A stretch of DNA of 64,000 nucleotides, taken from contig OZ242010.1 of assembly GCA_965204745.1 (NCBI GenBank), positions 3,712,001 through 3,776,000 on the forward strand, written 5' to 3'. Source of the stretch: Candidatus Latescibacterota bacterium. GTDB lineage: Bacteria; Latescibacterota; UBA2968. Within the stretch, counting starts at the first letter, position 1. The number at the start of each line of letters is the position of its first letter. The notes beneath the pieces were generated by a model that ran no database searches, was not told the DNA's origin, and saw only the letters and a program-made list of their open reading frames with translations. Made by a program: the position numbers and the translations under genes. Below, one piece after another: positions 22,074 through 32,215 of the stretch.

Positions 22074-22225
22074 ACTGAACTGACTACTACATTTGTCTTC
22101 GGGCGAGCACGGGGGCCTCGCCCCTACGACGGGGATTGGGTAGGGCGGGCTGACAACTGACAACTGACAACTGACAACTGACAACTGCATTTGTCATCGG
22201 GCGAGCACAGGGGCACCGCCCCTAC
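22074..22225. repeat. Two minus-strand GTAG REPs (22101-22127, 22199-22225) flanking (CTGACAA)x5
   Basis: Read directly. Confidence 0.8.
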
Positions 22226-22345
22226 GATCTCACGTCTCGGCTTTGGGCGGCAGTGCGGGGCGGCCTTCTCCCTTCTCCCCTCTCACTTCTTACCCCGGGC
22301 CGGGCGGCCAGGGGATAGGTCCCATTTCCCCCAAGGAGCGATCAG

Positions 22346-23284
22346 ATGTCAACGCATTTCTTCACGGGAACGCTCGAAAATTCACATGTTCACTTGGGAC
22401 TCACGCTCGGATCCGGGCAGGTGTTTCGGTGGGGGCGAGACGCGGATGGCTGGTGGAAAGGGATCGTGTATGGCGCGGTCGTGCATCTGGGGCAAGCGGC
22501 CGGTCAGATTGCGTATCGCGCATCGGCCAACGCGGTGCAGACCTATTGTGGCGAAATGGCGATAGACGCATTTTTGCGGTGGTACTTGCGCTTGGATCAC
22601 CTGCCCCGCATTCGCGTGCCGCGTGGAGACGCGCATTTGAGACGCGCTAGGGAGTTGTTGAGGGGATTGCAATTTGTTCGGCAAGACCCGTTTGAGTGCA
22701 TCATTTCCTACGTGCTCTCGGTGCAAGCGCACATGTCCCTGACCAAAAAGCGAATCGGCTTTGTTGCCAAAACCCTGGGCCAAAAGCGGATATTTGATGG
22801 CGAGACGTACTGGACATTCCCATCTCCCGACACACTCGCTAAATTGGATGGCGAATTTTACAGGCGTCACCGGTTTGGCTGGCGTTCAGAGCGCGTGGCA
22901 ACAACCGCGAGGTTTATCGCAAACGCGGTGCGCGATGATGCGGATCTCGAGACGTGGCGGACTGTCGCCGATGATTTGCACGCCCTGCCCGGCAGTGGGG
23001 TCGGCATCAAGGTCGCGCGGTGCATCGATCTGTTTTCGCTGGATCGACTCTCTGCCGTGCCCGTGGATACATGGGTGCGAAAATTTGCCCGCGAATGGTA
23101 TGGCGTCACCGGTTCAGACGCGAAGATATGCCGCTGGGCCGAGGCGCGATGGGGCAAGTGGGCGGGCTATTGCAACGAGTATTTGTTCGCGTATTACCGC
23201 GAATTGCACGGCCCCACCCTACACGACCGCGTCCTGTCTTTCGCCGAATCCGATGCCCCATCTGCTGTGATGCCGCATGAATGA
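22346..23284 (+). CDS. 8-oxoguanine DNA glycosylase/AP lyase (OGG1-like, HhH-GPD)
   Basis: TLGSGQVFRW N terminus, QDPFECIISY, GVGIKVA..C (catalytic K) and VPVDTWV (catalytic D). Confidence 0.85.
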   Translation: MSTHFFTGTLENSHVHLGLTLGSGQVFRWGRDADGWWKGIVYGAVVHLGQAAGQIAYRASANAVQTYCGEMAIDAFLRWYLRLDHLPRIRVPRGDAHLRRARELLRGLQFVRQDPFECIISYVLSVQAHMSLTKKRIGFVAKTLGQKRIFDGETYWTFPSPDTLAKLDGEFYRRHRFGWRSERVATTARFIANAVRDDADLETWRTVADDLHALPGSGVGIKVARCIDLFSLDRLSAVPVDTWVRKFAREWYGVTGSDAKICRWAEARWGKWAGYCNEYLFAYYRELHGPTLHDRVLSFAESDAPSAVMPHE

Positions 23285-23424
23285 ATCAGCCCATCAAAAA
23301 GCGATGGCACAGGCGGCGCGCTTTCCTCCAACCGCATCATCTCATCCCACGGCGTCCGCGCCATGCACTCGGCGAGAAATCCGCGCTTGTAAGCCACGAT
23401 TTTATCGAGAATTGTTTTTGCCAT
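23281..23424 (-). pseudogene. trpC: N-terminal fragment of indole-3-glycerol-phosphate synthase
   Basis: MAKTILDKIVAYKR...APPVPSLFDGL resembles the TrpC N terminus; the IAEIKKASPS motif and the rest are absent. Confidence 0.6.
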
Positions 23425-23474
23425 ATCGTCACGTCCGAATCTACGGAACGGGATATATACCAATTTGATTTTTA

Positions 23475-23918
23475 GTTGTGGTAACATTTTATTTTTTGAC
23501 GTTACGCACAGATTAGCAAGTGTTGCTTGCTCATTTAAGGCATTTCCTTTGATGGCTTAGGTTGCTCTGATGGCGTTGCGAGAGGGGACCTATCCCCCGG
23601 CCCCTTTCCTACGAGGAAAGGGGAGTAAAGTCCCTTTGATGGCTTCTATCTCTGGTTGCTCTGCTGGCGTTGCGCGAGGGCATAAAGCGATTAAAAGTCC
23701 CTCATCAATCCCCTCGCAAAACCGCTCACAGTTCCCCCTTCCTCGCAGGAAGAGATGTTATTCCCCCCTTCCTTGCAGGAAGGGGGGTTAGGGGGGTAGG
23801 TCCCGATAAGGAGCGACTGTTCCAGTTTCTCAAACCGAGAGCATATCTTGCGATAGGGCTTGATTTTCCCAATGAACCGCTCAATTCAGTTGCATGGCTC
23901 ATAAATGTCAACACAACC
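23475..23918. mobile_element. MITE copy 3, longer divergent variant (~444 bp)
   Basis: Intact TIR AAATGTCAACACAACC + TA, degenerate other end GTTGTGGTAACATTT, same internal hairpins. Confidence 0.8.
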
Positions 23919-23935
23919 TACTGACTACTGACAAC

Positions 23936-24409
23936 TCACTCGATATCCGCCAACTTGCTTCTTTTCGTCGCCAAGACTTTTTCCATGTGGGCGATTTGCG
24001 CTTTGAGCAGATCGGGATTTTCCGGCGCGCCCATTTCTTCGGGAGGCGGTGGAATTTCAGCGGGCAGGTGGGCGTCTTCCCAATCGCCGTATCCGCCGTC
24101 CATCGAGATCACCTTCTCGTATCCCATGGCTTTCAAAGTCTCGCCGGCCAAAAGGGAGCGCACGCCGCCAGCGCAAATCACAATCACTTCCCGCGACTTG
24201 TCGGGCATGGTCGCTTCGGCTTGGCGTTCCAACTCCCCGCGCGGAATATGGACAGCGCCCTTTAAGTGCCCGCGCTCCCATTCATCCAGCCCGCGCACGT
24301 CGAGCAACACGGGATCGCGTCCCTGTTCCAAATGCTCGTGGACTTCCCGCACGGTCATTTCCGGAATGTTTTGCCGCGCCTCATCCAGCAAATTTTCACG
24401 CGATTTCAT
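23936..24409 (-). CDS. Rhodanese-like sulfurtransferase
   Basis: LDVR, GHLKGA, CAGGVRS active loop, DGG; RBS GAGGAG. Confidence 0.88.
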   Translation of the reverse strand: MKSRENLLDEARQNIPEMTVREVHEHLEQGRDPVLLDVRGLDEWERGHLKGAVHIPRGELERQAEATMPDKSREVIVICAGGVRSLLAGETLKAMGYEKVISMDGGYGDWEDAHLPAEIPPPPEEMGAPENPDLLKAQIAHMEKVLATKRSKLADIE

Positions 24410-24432
24410 AATGCACATCTCCTCATTGTCGT

Positions 24433-27400
24433 TCAAAGTCTCCCGTGGCAATGCTTGTACTTCTTGCCACTGCCGCACGGGCACGGTTCGTTTCGTCCCA
24501 CCTTTTTGCCCACGCGCACGGGTTGTCGTTTGGGCGCGTCGCCTTCTGAAGCATTGGCGGTCAATTCATCTGGTGTCGCGCCGGGTTCGGGCATGCCGGC
24601 AAAGCCCATCCCGGTTGCGTCGCGGTGTTCCAACGACAGGCGCACGGGTTGCCGCGTGCGCGATGATGCGGGGGTATCTTCGACGGAGATGCGGAAGAGC
24701 AAGCGCAGGGTCTCGCGGTTGATGTCTTCGAGCAGGGCGACGAACATCTCGTAGCCCTCGCGCTTGTATTCGATCAAGGGATTTTTTTGCCCGTAACCGC
24801 GCAGGCCAATGCCCTCTTTGAGATCGTCCATCTCGCGGAGGTGTTCTTTCCACTTCTCGTCGAAAACGCTCAAGTAAATCATGCGCTCGATCTGACGCAT
24901 GCGGCCTTCGCCGATCACCCTTTCGCGGCGGTCGTAGGCTTCGCGGATCCCGTGCAACACGCGGTCGTGCAACCCGGATTCGCGCAAGGTGGGCAACTCT
25001 TCGTCGGCGATCATCGGGGCTTGCAAAAACACATGGCGCAATTCGTCCAGCAAGCCATCGAAATTCCAATCTTCCGGATGCGCGTCTGCCGGGACGTGAA
25101 CCTCGAACAGCGCGTCAACCGTATCGTCGATCATCTCGCTGATCATCGCCGAAATATCTTCTTCCTCCAAGGCGTGCCTGCGCCTGTCGTAAATCACTTC
25201 GCGCTGTTGGTTCATCACGTCGTCGTAATCGAGCACCTGCTTGCGAAATTCAAAATTGCGCGCTTCCACGCGCTTTTGCGCGGTTTCGATAGACTTCGTC
25301 ACCCACCCGTGTTCGATCACCTCGCCCTCTTCGGCGCCCAAGCGGTCCATGACGCGGGCAATGCGCTCAGACCCGAACAAGCGCATCAAATCGTCTTCCA
25401 AGGAAATGAAAAACCGCGAACTGCCCGGATCGCCCTGCCGCCCTGCCCTGCCGCGCAACTGCCGGTCGATGCGCCGCGATTCGTGTCGCTCCGTGCCGAT
25501 GATGTTCAACCCGCACGGGACGTCATCCCGGCACCCGTATTCGTCGAGGTGCGGGCACGGGGGTTGGGCGTGGTTTGGACTGGCGATCAACGCGCACTGA
25601 TGCTCTTCTGGGGCTTTGACCACGCCCTCGCCGAGTTTGATGTCCGTGCCGCGCCCGGCCATGTTGGTGGCGATAGTCACCGCGCCCGGTTGTCCGGCCT
25701 GCGCGATGATCTGCGCTTCTTGCGCGTTTTGCCGCGCATTGAGCACTTGGTGTTTGATCTTCCTGCGCGAGAGCATCCGCGAAATGAGTTCGGATGTCTC
25801 GACGGAAATCGTGCCCACCAAAACCGGCAACTTTTGTTCATTTAAGCGCGTAATCTCGTCGATCACGGCATTGTACTTTTCGCGTTTCGTGCGGTAGATC
25901 CAATCGTTGGAATCGATGCGGCGCACCGGCTCGTGCGTCGGAATCGCCACCACGTCGAGTTTGTAAATTTGGTGAAATTCTTCGGACTCCGTCTCGGCGG
26001 TGCCGGTCATGCCCGCCAATCGGTCGTAGAGCCTGAAGTAATTCTGCAACGTGATGGTCGCCACGGTTTGCGTGTCGCGCTCCACCTTGACCTTTTCCTT
26101 GGCTTCGAGGGCCTGATGCAACCCATCGGCAAACCTGCGCCCAGGCTGGGGCCGTCCGGTAAATTCATCCACGATAACGACCTTGCCATCGTCGATCATG
26201 TATTGCACGTCTTTTTCGTACAGGGTGTAGGCTTGCAACAATTTTCGCACGCTGTGGATGGCCTCGTTCTTCTCGCCGTAATCCCGGTACGCGTCTTCTT
26301 GTGCGGCGTCTCTTTCCGCGTCTGACAAGGCGGTGTTTTGTTGGATGTCTCGTAGCACTTCGTCGAGATCTGGTAGCACGAAATCGTCTGGCTCGCGGCT
26401 GATTTCATCGCGGCCGTTTTCTGTCAGGTCGATGATGTGGCTCTTTTCGTCGATGCTAAAATACAGGTCTTCGTCCAATTCCCCGGTGCGCTTGTCGCGG
26501 ATGTAATCGGCCTCCACGCGCTGTACCAAGCGTTTGACGCCCTCTTCCTGAAGCCGCTTCATGAAGCGTCTGTTCTTGGGCATGCCGCGTTGCACCTGCA
26601 ACAGCAAAATGCCGCCTTCGTACTCGTCGCCCGACTCGAGTTCTTCTTCTGCGCGCTTCAAAATGTCATTGACCACTCGGGTTTGTGCGCGCACCAATTT
26701 TTCGACCAGCGGTCGCATGTCTTCGTACCGATGCGATGTGGATTCCGGCACGGGACCGGAAATGATCAACGGGGTGCGCGCCTCGTCGATCAAAATGCTA
26801 TCCACCTCGTCGATAATCGCAAAATAGTGCTCGCGCTGGATCAAATCGTCTGGATGAGTCGCCATGTTGTCGTACAAATAATCAAACCCAAACTGGTCCT
26901 TCGTGCCATAGACGATATCCATCTGACACGCCTCTTTGTGGTCGCACGCACGCATGCGGTAGCCATCCACCCCGTCCTCTTCCATGATAAACCCCTCCAC
27001 GCCCAAGGCGCGGTCCTGAATCACGCCGACCGCGAGGCCGAGGAACAAATACACCGGCCCCAGCCACATGGCGTCGCGCTTTGCCAGATAGGAATTGACC
27101 GTGACCAGATGCACGCCGCGGCCGAGCAACCCGTTCAAGTACAACGCCAAGCCCGCGGCCAGGGTTTTGCCCTCGCCCGTGGCCATCTCGGCGATCTTGC
27201 CCTGGTGCAACACGGTCGCGCCGATCAACTGCACGTCGTAGGGGATCTCGTGCCACACAATTTGATCGCCAGCCCGATCCCAAGACTTGCCCCGTTCCTT
27301 AAACCGGCGGCACGTTTCCTTAAAAACCGCAAACGCTTGGGGGTGAATCTCATCGAGCGCCTCGCGCTCGATCTCCTTGATTTCGGCTTCGGCTTCGGCA

Positions 27401-27660
27401 ATGGCCTCCAACTGCTCGGTTCGGTCTTCGTCTCGTTGCAGCGCGGCCAATTCCTCCTTGAGATCGGTCAAATGCGCGCGCGCCTCGGCAGTGGCTTCGG
27501 CAATGCGCGTGCGAAACGCCGTCGTCTTCTCTTTCAATGCCTCGTCAGCCAAGAAGGCGTATTCTTCGTAGTACTGGTTGATTTCATCCACAACCGGTTG
27601 CATCTTTTTGACGTCGCGGTCATGTTTGTTGCCGAAAATTTTTGTGAGAAAATTCATCAT
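24433..27660 (-). CDS. secA: Preprotein translocase ATPase SecA
   Basis: [33 protein letters not shown] and the SEC-C motif [13 protein letters not shown]. Confidence 0.99.
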   Translation of the reverse strand: MMNFLTKIFGNKHDRDVKKMQPVVDEINQYYEEYAFLADEALKEKTTAFRTRIAEATAEARAHLTDLKEELAALQRDEDRTEQLEAIAEAEAEIKEIEREALDEIHPQAFAVFKETCRRFKERGKSWDRAGDQIVWHEIPYDVQLIGATVLHQGKIAEMATGEGKTLAAGLALYLNGLLGRGVHLVTVNSYLAKRDAMWLGPVYLFLGLAVGVIQDRALGVEGFIMEEDGVDGYRMRACDHKEACQMDIVYGTKDQFGFDYLYDNMATHPDDLIQREHYFAIIDEVDSILIDEARTPLIISGPVPESTSHRYEDMRPLVEKLVRAQTRVVNDILKRAEEELESGDEYEGGILLLQVQRGMPKNRRFMKRLQEEGVKRLVQRVEADYIRDKRTGELDEDLYFSIDEKSHIIDLTENGRDEISREPDDFVLPDLDEVLRDIQQNTALSDAERDAAQEDAYRDYGEKNEAIHSVRKLLQAYTLYEKDVQYMIDDGKVVIVDEFTGRPQPGRRFADGLHQALEAKEKVKVERDTQTVATITLQNYFRLYDRLAGMTGTAETESEEFHQIYKLDVVAIPTHEPVRRIDSNDWIYRTKREKYNAVIDEITRLNEQKLPVLVGTISVETSELISRMLSRRKIKHQVLNARQNAQEAQIIAQAGQPGAVTIATNMAGRGTDIKLGEGVVKAPEEHQCALIASPNHAQPPCPHLDEYGCRDDVPCGLNIIGTERHESRRIDRQLRGRAGRQGDPGSSRFFISLEDDLMRLFGSERIARVMDRLGAEEGEVIEHGWVTKSIETAQKRVEARNFEFRKQVLDYDDVMNQQREVIYDRRRHALEEEDISAMISEMIDDTVDALFEVHVPADAHPEDWNFDGLLDELRHVFLQAPMIADEELPTLRESGLHDRVLHGIREAYDRRERVIGEGRMRQIERMIYLSVFDEKWKEHLREMDDLKEGIGLRGYGQKNPLIEYKREGYEMFVALLEDINRETLRLLFRISVEDTPASSRTRQPVRLSLEHRDATGMGFAGMPEPGATPDELTANASEGDAPKRQPVRVGKKVGRNEPCPCGSGKKYKHCHGRL

Positions 27661-27820
27661 CGCAATTCATCCTGATGGGATTGGTTTAGGAGTTGGAGAA
27701 TGGGGGTAAGGGCAAGGTGGACTGATAGTCAGTGGTCAGCCCCCACCTGACCCTACCGCCCAAGTAGTCAGTGGTCAGTCCCCGCCCGCTCCCCACCGCT
27801 ATGTTCGTTAGAATTAGTCA

Positions 27821-27995
27821 ACTGACCACTGACCACTGACCACTGACCACTGACCACTGACCACTGACCACTGACCACTGACCACTGACCACTGACCACT
27901 GACCACTGACCACTGACCACTGACCACTGACCACTGACCACTGACCACTGACCACTGACCACTGACCACTGACCACTGACCACTGACCACTGACA
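27821..27995 (+). repeat. Heptamer tandem array (ACTGACC)x24 plus one variant unit
   Basis: Read directly. Confidence 0.97.
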
Positions 27996-28001
27996 ACGCC
28001 C

Positions 28002-28736
28002 TCACATCCCCACTTCGATGCGCTCGGCCAAAATGGGCGGGAGCCCTGCGGCCAAAATTTTGGCTTGGGCCGTTGCCACATCGTAAGACACGCGGTGCAA
28101 CTCGAGGTTCCCATTTTCCCTGTCCCATACCGCAAAGGCCGCGCGCGCATCGCCATCGCGGGGTTGCCCAACGCTGCCCACATTGACGAGATACCGGTCA
28201 TCGGCGGTCAATTGTACTGTTCCCTCGCGCAGCAGCGTGATTTTTCGAGACGCAGAACACACAAAGGCGCGGTGGGAATGCCCGACAAAACACATTTCAA
28301 AATCCGTGTACGCCAGCGCGTAAGAGCCTTCGTCCGGATCGAACAAATAGTTCCACTCGGCGGGGTTGAGGGGCGTGGCGTGGGCATAACAGCAACCGCC
28401 TTCCCGGCGGGCGGGTTTGTAAGCGCGCAACGCCGCGGCGTTGTCTTCGCTTATCACCCGAGCGGTCCACTCGACAGCCTCCCGCGCAACCGGATTGAAA
28501 TACTCCAGATCCTCCAAGCCGACGACCGCCCAATCGTGATTGCCCGCCAAGACAAAGTCAGCCACTTCGCGCACGCCTTGAAGGCAGTCATTGGGGTCCG
28601 CGCCGTACCCGACCACATCGCCCAAGCAAATCACCCGATCCACATTCGCTTCTGCGATTTTTGCCAGCACGGTTTGCAGGGCTTCTAGGTTTCCGTGGAC
28701 ATCGGAAAAAATCGCGATGCGTCCAAAATTACCCAT
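28002..28736 (-). CDS. Metallophosphoesterase family protein
   Basis: SDVHGN, GDVVGYG, GNHD, GHSH and NVGSVGQPRDGD motifs. Confidence 0.92.
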   Translation of the reverse strand: MGNFGRIAIFSDVHGNLEALQTVLAKIAEANVDRVICLGDVVGYGADPNDCLQGVREVADFVLAGNHDWAVVGLEDLEYFNPVAREAVEWTARVISEDNAAALRAYKPARREGGCCYAHATPLNPAEWNYLFDPDEGSYALAYTDFEMCFVGHSHRAFVCSASRKITLLREGTVQLTADDRYLVNVGSVGQPRDGDARAAFAVWDRENGNLELHRVSYDVATAQAKILAAGLPPILAERIEVGM

Positions 28737-29160
28737 TGGATTGCTCCGCGGGCACCAGATGCTCTTTGGACAGGGCATCTAAAATACCATTGATAAAGCC
28801 GGCCGCTTTGGCCTCGCTAAACCGCTTGGCGAGTTCTATGGCCTCGTCGATGGAGACTTTGTGGGGAATATCTTTGAAATAGCGCATTTCAGCGAGGGCG
28901 ATCCAAAGCACGATGCGGTCGATGCGCGAGACCCGATCCAAGGCCCAATTCTCCAACACGGGGGCGATAGATGCGTCAAATTCCTCGCGGTGCGCCCAAG
29001 TGGTTTCGGCCAGCGTCACCGCAAAATCCGACGAGGAGGTCGCAAGGCCGCTGCGGATGCACATGGTATGCGCGGTCTGCCGCACGGGATCGCCCGCGCT
29101 CGCGGTCCAATACAATGCCTGCAAGGCGGCCTGACGCGCTTTGCGCCGGGAGTTGATCAT
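28729..29160 (-). CDS. nusB: Transcription antitermination factor NusB
   Basis: [26 protein letters not shown] and FINGILD motifs; follows ribH. Confidence 0.95.
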   Translation of the reverse strand: MINSRRKARQAALQALYWTASAGDPVRQTAHTMCIRSGLATSSSDFAVTLAETTWAHREEFDASIAPVLENWALDRVSRIDRIVLWIALAEMRYFKDIPHKVSIDEAIELAKRFSEAKAAGFINGILDALSKEHLVPAEQSNG

Positions 29161-29633
29161 GGCCCATCCTCCCAGGCCGCGGCGACATCGACCATTTCTA
29201 TCGCGCCCAAGGCGGCTTCCCACCCCTTGTTGCCGGCTTTGCTGCCGGCCCGCTCTATGGCTTGTTCAATGGTGTCGGTCGTCAAAATCCCGAACATCGC
29301 GGGCACGCCGGTTTCGCATCCCACCGCCGCCACGCCTTTTGTGGCTTCGTTGCACACGTAGTCAAAGTGGGGCGTGCTCCCCCTGATCACGGTGCCTAAG
29401 CAAATCAGCGCGTCATACCGCCCGCTCTGCGCCATCTTGCGCGCCATCATCGGAATTTCAAAGCTGCCCGGCACCCACACCACCTCCACGGCCTCTGTAT
29501 CGCCACCGTGGCGCGCAATGCAGTCGAGCGCGCCGCCGAGCAATTCCTTGCCGATAAACGCATTGAACCTGCCCACCACAATGCCGAATCGCTTGCCGTG
29601 TGCGGACAACTGGCCTTCATAAATTTTGGGCAT
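29157..29633 (-). CDS. ribH: 6,7-dimethyl-8-ribityllumazine synthase
   Basis: [18 protein letters not shown] and KAGNKG motifs. Confidence 0.97.
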   Translation of the reverse strand: MPKIYEGQLSAHGKRFGIVVGRFNAFIGKELLGGALDCIARHGGDTEAVEVVWVPGSFEIPMMARKMAQSGRYDALICLGTVIRGSTPHFDYVCNEATKGVAAVGCETGVPAMFGILTTDTIEQAIERAGSKAGNKGWEAALGAIEMVDVAAAWEDGP

Positions 29634-30870
29634 CTCGGTCTCCTTCCTCGCGCATTTGCAGATCGCCTTCTCGAAACAGGTGGCCCATCTTTTCTCGCTT
29701 GGTTCGCATGTAGGTCAAATTCCACTTGTTGACCTGAATGGCGACCGGAACGCGATCCACGATCTCGATTCCATAAGCCTCTAACCCCACGCGCTTCGAG
29801 GGGTTGTTGGTGATGAGCTTGACCTTGCGGATTCCCAAATCCGACAAAATCTGCGCGCCAATGCCATAGTCGCGTTCGTCCATCTTAAACCCGAGTTTCA
29901 AATTGGCTTCGACGGTATCGTAGCCATCTTCCTGCAATTTGTACGCGTGCAATTTTGCCCGCAACCCGATTCCCCGACCTTCCTGCCGCATGTACACCAG
30001 CGCGCCGCGGCCTTCCTGCTCGATCATCTCGAGGGCCGAGTGCAAATTCTTCTCGCAATCGCAGCGCAACGACCCCAAGGTATCGCCGGTCAAACACTCC
30101 GAGTGCATCCGCACCAACACGGCCGTGCCGTTAGCGAGATCGCCCTTGACCAGTGCTACGTGCTCTCGATCATCCACATCGCTTTCGTAGAGATGCAACT
30201 GAAACGCGCCGAATCGCGTGGGCAAATCCACTCGCTCCACACAGCGCACGAGTTTTTCAGACCGGCGGCGATAGGCGATCAAGTCGTGAATCGTCACCAC
30301 GTTCAAATCGAATTGCGCGGCAATGTCCAAAAGCTGCGGCAGGCGGGCCATGGTGCCGTCTTCGTTTAAGATCTCGCACAACACGCCCGCGGGATACAGC
30401 CCGGCCAAGCGCGCGAGATCGACCGCGGCCTCGGTGTGCCCCGCACGTCTCAAAACCCCGCCGGGCATGGCGCGGAGTGGGAAGATGTGACCGGGGCGCC
30501 CAAAATTTTCCGGGCGCGATTGGGGATCGACAAATTGCCGAATGGTCTCTGCCCTGTCCTGCGCGGAGATGCCCGTGCTCACGCCGTAGAGCGCGTCTAT
30601 GCTCACGGTGAACGGGGTGCCGTGCAGCGCGGTGTTGGTATTGACCATCATATCCAAGTCGAGCTCTTTGAGCCGGTCCGGCATTGCGGGCAAGCAGATC
30701 AGGCCGCGCCCATAGCGCGCCATAAAATTGATGGCTTGGGCGGTCGCTTTTTCCGCTGCCATAATAAAATCGCCTTCGTTTTCCCGGTCTTCGTCATCGA
30801 CCACAATGACGATTTTGCCCGTGCGAATGTCTTCGAGCGCGTCTTCAATTTTTGCAACGCTTTTGCCCAT
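29617..30870 (-). CDS. ribBA: Bifunctional DHBP synthase / GTP cyclohydrolase II
   Basis: [31 protein letters not shown] and QEGRGIG motifs. Confidence 0.97.
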   Translation of the reverse strand: MGKSVAKIEDALEDIRTGKIVIVVDDEDRENEGDFIMAAEKATAQAINFMARYGRGLICLPAMPDRLKELDLDMMVNTNTALHGTPFTVSIDALYGVSTGISAQDRAETIRQFVDPQSRPENFGRPGHIFPLRAMPGGVLRRAGHTEAAVDLARLAGLYPAGVLCEILNEDGTMARLPQLLDIAAQFDLNVVTIHDLIAYRRRSEKLVRCVERVDLPTRFGAFQLHLYESDVDDREHVALVKGDLANGTAVLVRMHSECLTGDTLGSLRCDCEKNLHSALEMIEQEGRGALVYMRQEGRGIGLRAKLHAYKLQEDGYDTVEANLKLGFKMDERDYGIGAQILSDLGIRKVKLITNNPSKRVGLEAYGIEIVDRVPVAIQVNKWNLTYMRTKREKMGHLFREGDLQMREEGDRDAQNL

Positions 30871-30879
30871 ACGCCTCTC

Positions 30880-31536
30880 TCATGCAACCGACGGGTCGCG
30901 CATCATCGCCCGAACCCGCGCTTCTGTCATCGGGGTTTCCGCTGTGCCGTTCACCTGCACCAACCGCTCCAAATAGCGCGCGATCATATCCACCTCGACA
31001 TTGACCCGATCTCCCGGATATTTCTGCGACAAGGTCGTAACGGTCAGCGTGTGTGGAATCGCCGCGATGGAAAAGGTACGCGCGGAAACAGCGACCACCG
31101 TCAAACTGATCCCGTCAACCGCCACAGAACCCTTCTCGGCAAGATAGGGGGCTAGTTCACGCGGGACTTCGAACTCGAGCTCAACTCGACCTGTGGCTTC
31201 CACGCGGCGTTTCACGCGGCCGACCCCATCTACATGCCCGGCGACGAGATGCCCGTCGAGGCGGTCGCCGAGTTTTAGTGATCGCTCCAGGTTGACGCGA
31301 CTGCCCACGCGCCTATCGCCCAATGTGGTTCGCAACAGGGTTTCCGCCACCGACTCGACCGCAAAGGTCTGGGCATCGAATTGCACAACCGTGTGACACG
31401 CGCCATCGATGGCGATGCTGTCGCCCACCCCAAGCCCATCGAGCACCTGTTGCGCGGCAATTGTCGTGCGCCGATACCCGGCCCGCGATTCAACGCGCCG
31501 AACCGTTCCCACTTCTTCTACGATACCCGTGAACAT
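30880..31536 (-). CDS. ribE: Riboflavin synthase
   Basis: MFTGIVEE start, [10 protein letters not shown] motif. Confidence 0.96.
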   Translation of the reverse strand: MFTGIVEEVGTVRRVESRAGYRRTTIAAQQVLDGLGVGDSIAIDGACHTVVQFDAQTFAVESVAETLLRTTLGDRRVGSRVNLERSLKLGDRLDGHLVAGHVDGVGRVKRRVEATGRVELEFEVPRELAPYLAEKGSVAVDGISLTVVAVSARTFSIAAIPHTLTVTTLSQKYPGDRVNVEVDMIARYLERLVQVNGTAETPMTEARVRAMMRDPSVA

Positions 31537-32213
31537 GATGTCCTTACCCGCGCGGTGAACAAAAAATCATCGCCGACAGATTCGACCTTCACCTCTTCAA
31601 GCGCGATGGCATCGCCGATTGAATCGATGCCCAGCGGCCCGATGGCGTGCAACCCCGCGCCCAAAATTTTGGGCGCCACAACCACGGCCAAGCGATCCAC
31701 CAACCCCAAGCGCAAGGCCGATGTCGCAACGCGCCTGCCGCCTTCGATCAAAACCCGGCGCAACCCGGCCCGTGCGGCCCTGTGCAAGACCCTCGTCAAA
31801 TCCACCTGACCCGCTGGCAACTGCCAGACCTCAGCGCCTCTGTTTTCCCGCGCCTGTACCCGCTGTTTTCCCGCGCCTGCTCCGGCGACCAAAATCAGTG
31901 CTGCGCCACCAAAAATTTTCGCGGTCAATGGGATGGTCAACCGCGTGTCCAAAACGATCTTTGTGGGGCTGCATCCCTCGACGTATCGCACGGACAACTC
32001 GGGGTCATCGGCCATCACCGTGCCGCGGCCGACCAGAATCGCGTCTGCCTCGGCGCGCAATTGATGCCCCATCGCCCGCGCTGTTTTGGACGTGATCCAC
32101 TTTGAATCGCCCGTGCATGTGGCGATGTTGCCATCCAGCGTTTGCGCCAGTTTTAAGGTGACAAAAGGCGATCTCATCGACCGATACGCACTTTTGGCTC
32201 CGCGCTCGCCCAT
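31518..32213 (-). CDS. ribD: RibD reductase domain only (no deaminase domain)
   Basis: PFVTLKLAQTLDG, SKWIT, DDPEL and IEGG motifs; no HAE/PCxxC. Confidence 0.8.
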   Translation of the reverse strand: MGERGAKSAYRSMRSPFVTLKLAQTLDGNIATCTGDSKWITSKTARAMGHQLRAEADAILVGRGTVMADDPELSVRYVEGCSPTKIVLDTRLTIPLTAKIFGGAALILVAGAGAGKQRVQARENRGAEVWQLPAGQVDLTRVLHRAARAGLRRVLIEGGRRVATSALRLGLVDRLAVVVAPKILGAGLHAIGPLGIDSIGDAIALEEVKVESVGDDFLFTARVRTSCSRVS

Positions 32214-32215
32214 TG

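Noticed and set aside
24787-27675. Long antisense ORFs opposite secA and other genes
   Set aside because: Typical GC-rich shadow ORFs without motifs
27821-27995. Tandem arrays as CRISPR
   Set aside because: Units are 7 or 21 bp with no unique spacers, and there are no cas genes
27768-28201. ORFs with SVVSGQW repeats (also the LLPLASC ORF at 4135-4380)
   Set aside because: They are translations of stop-free heptamer arrays, open in several frames and without an RBS
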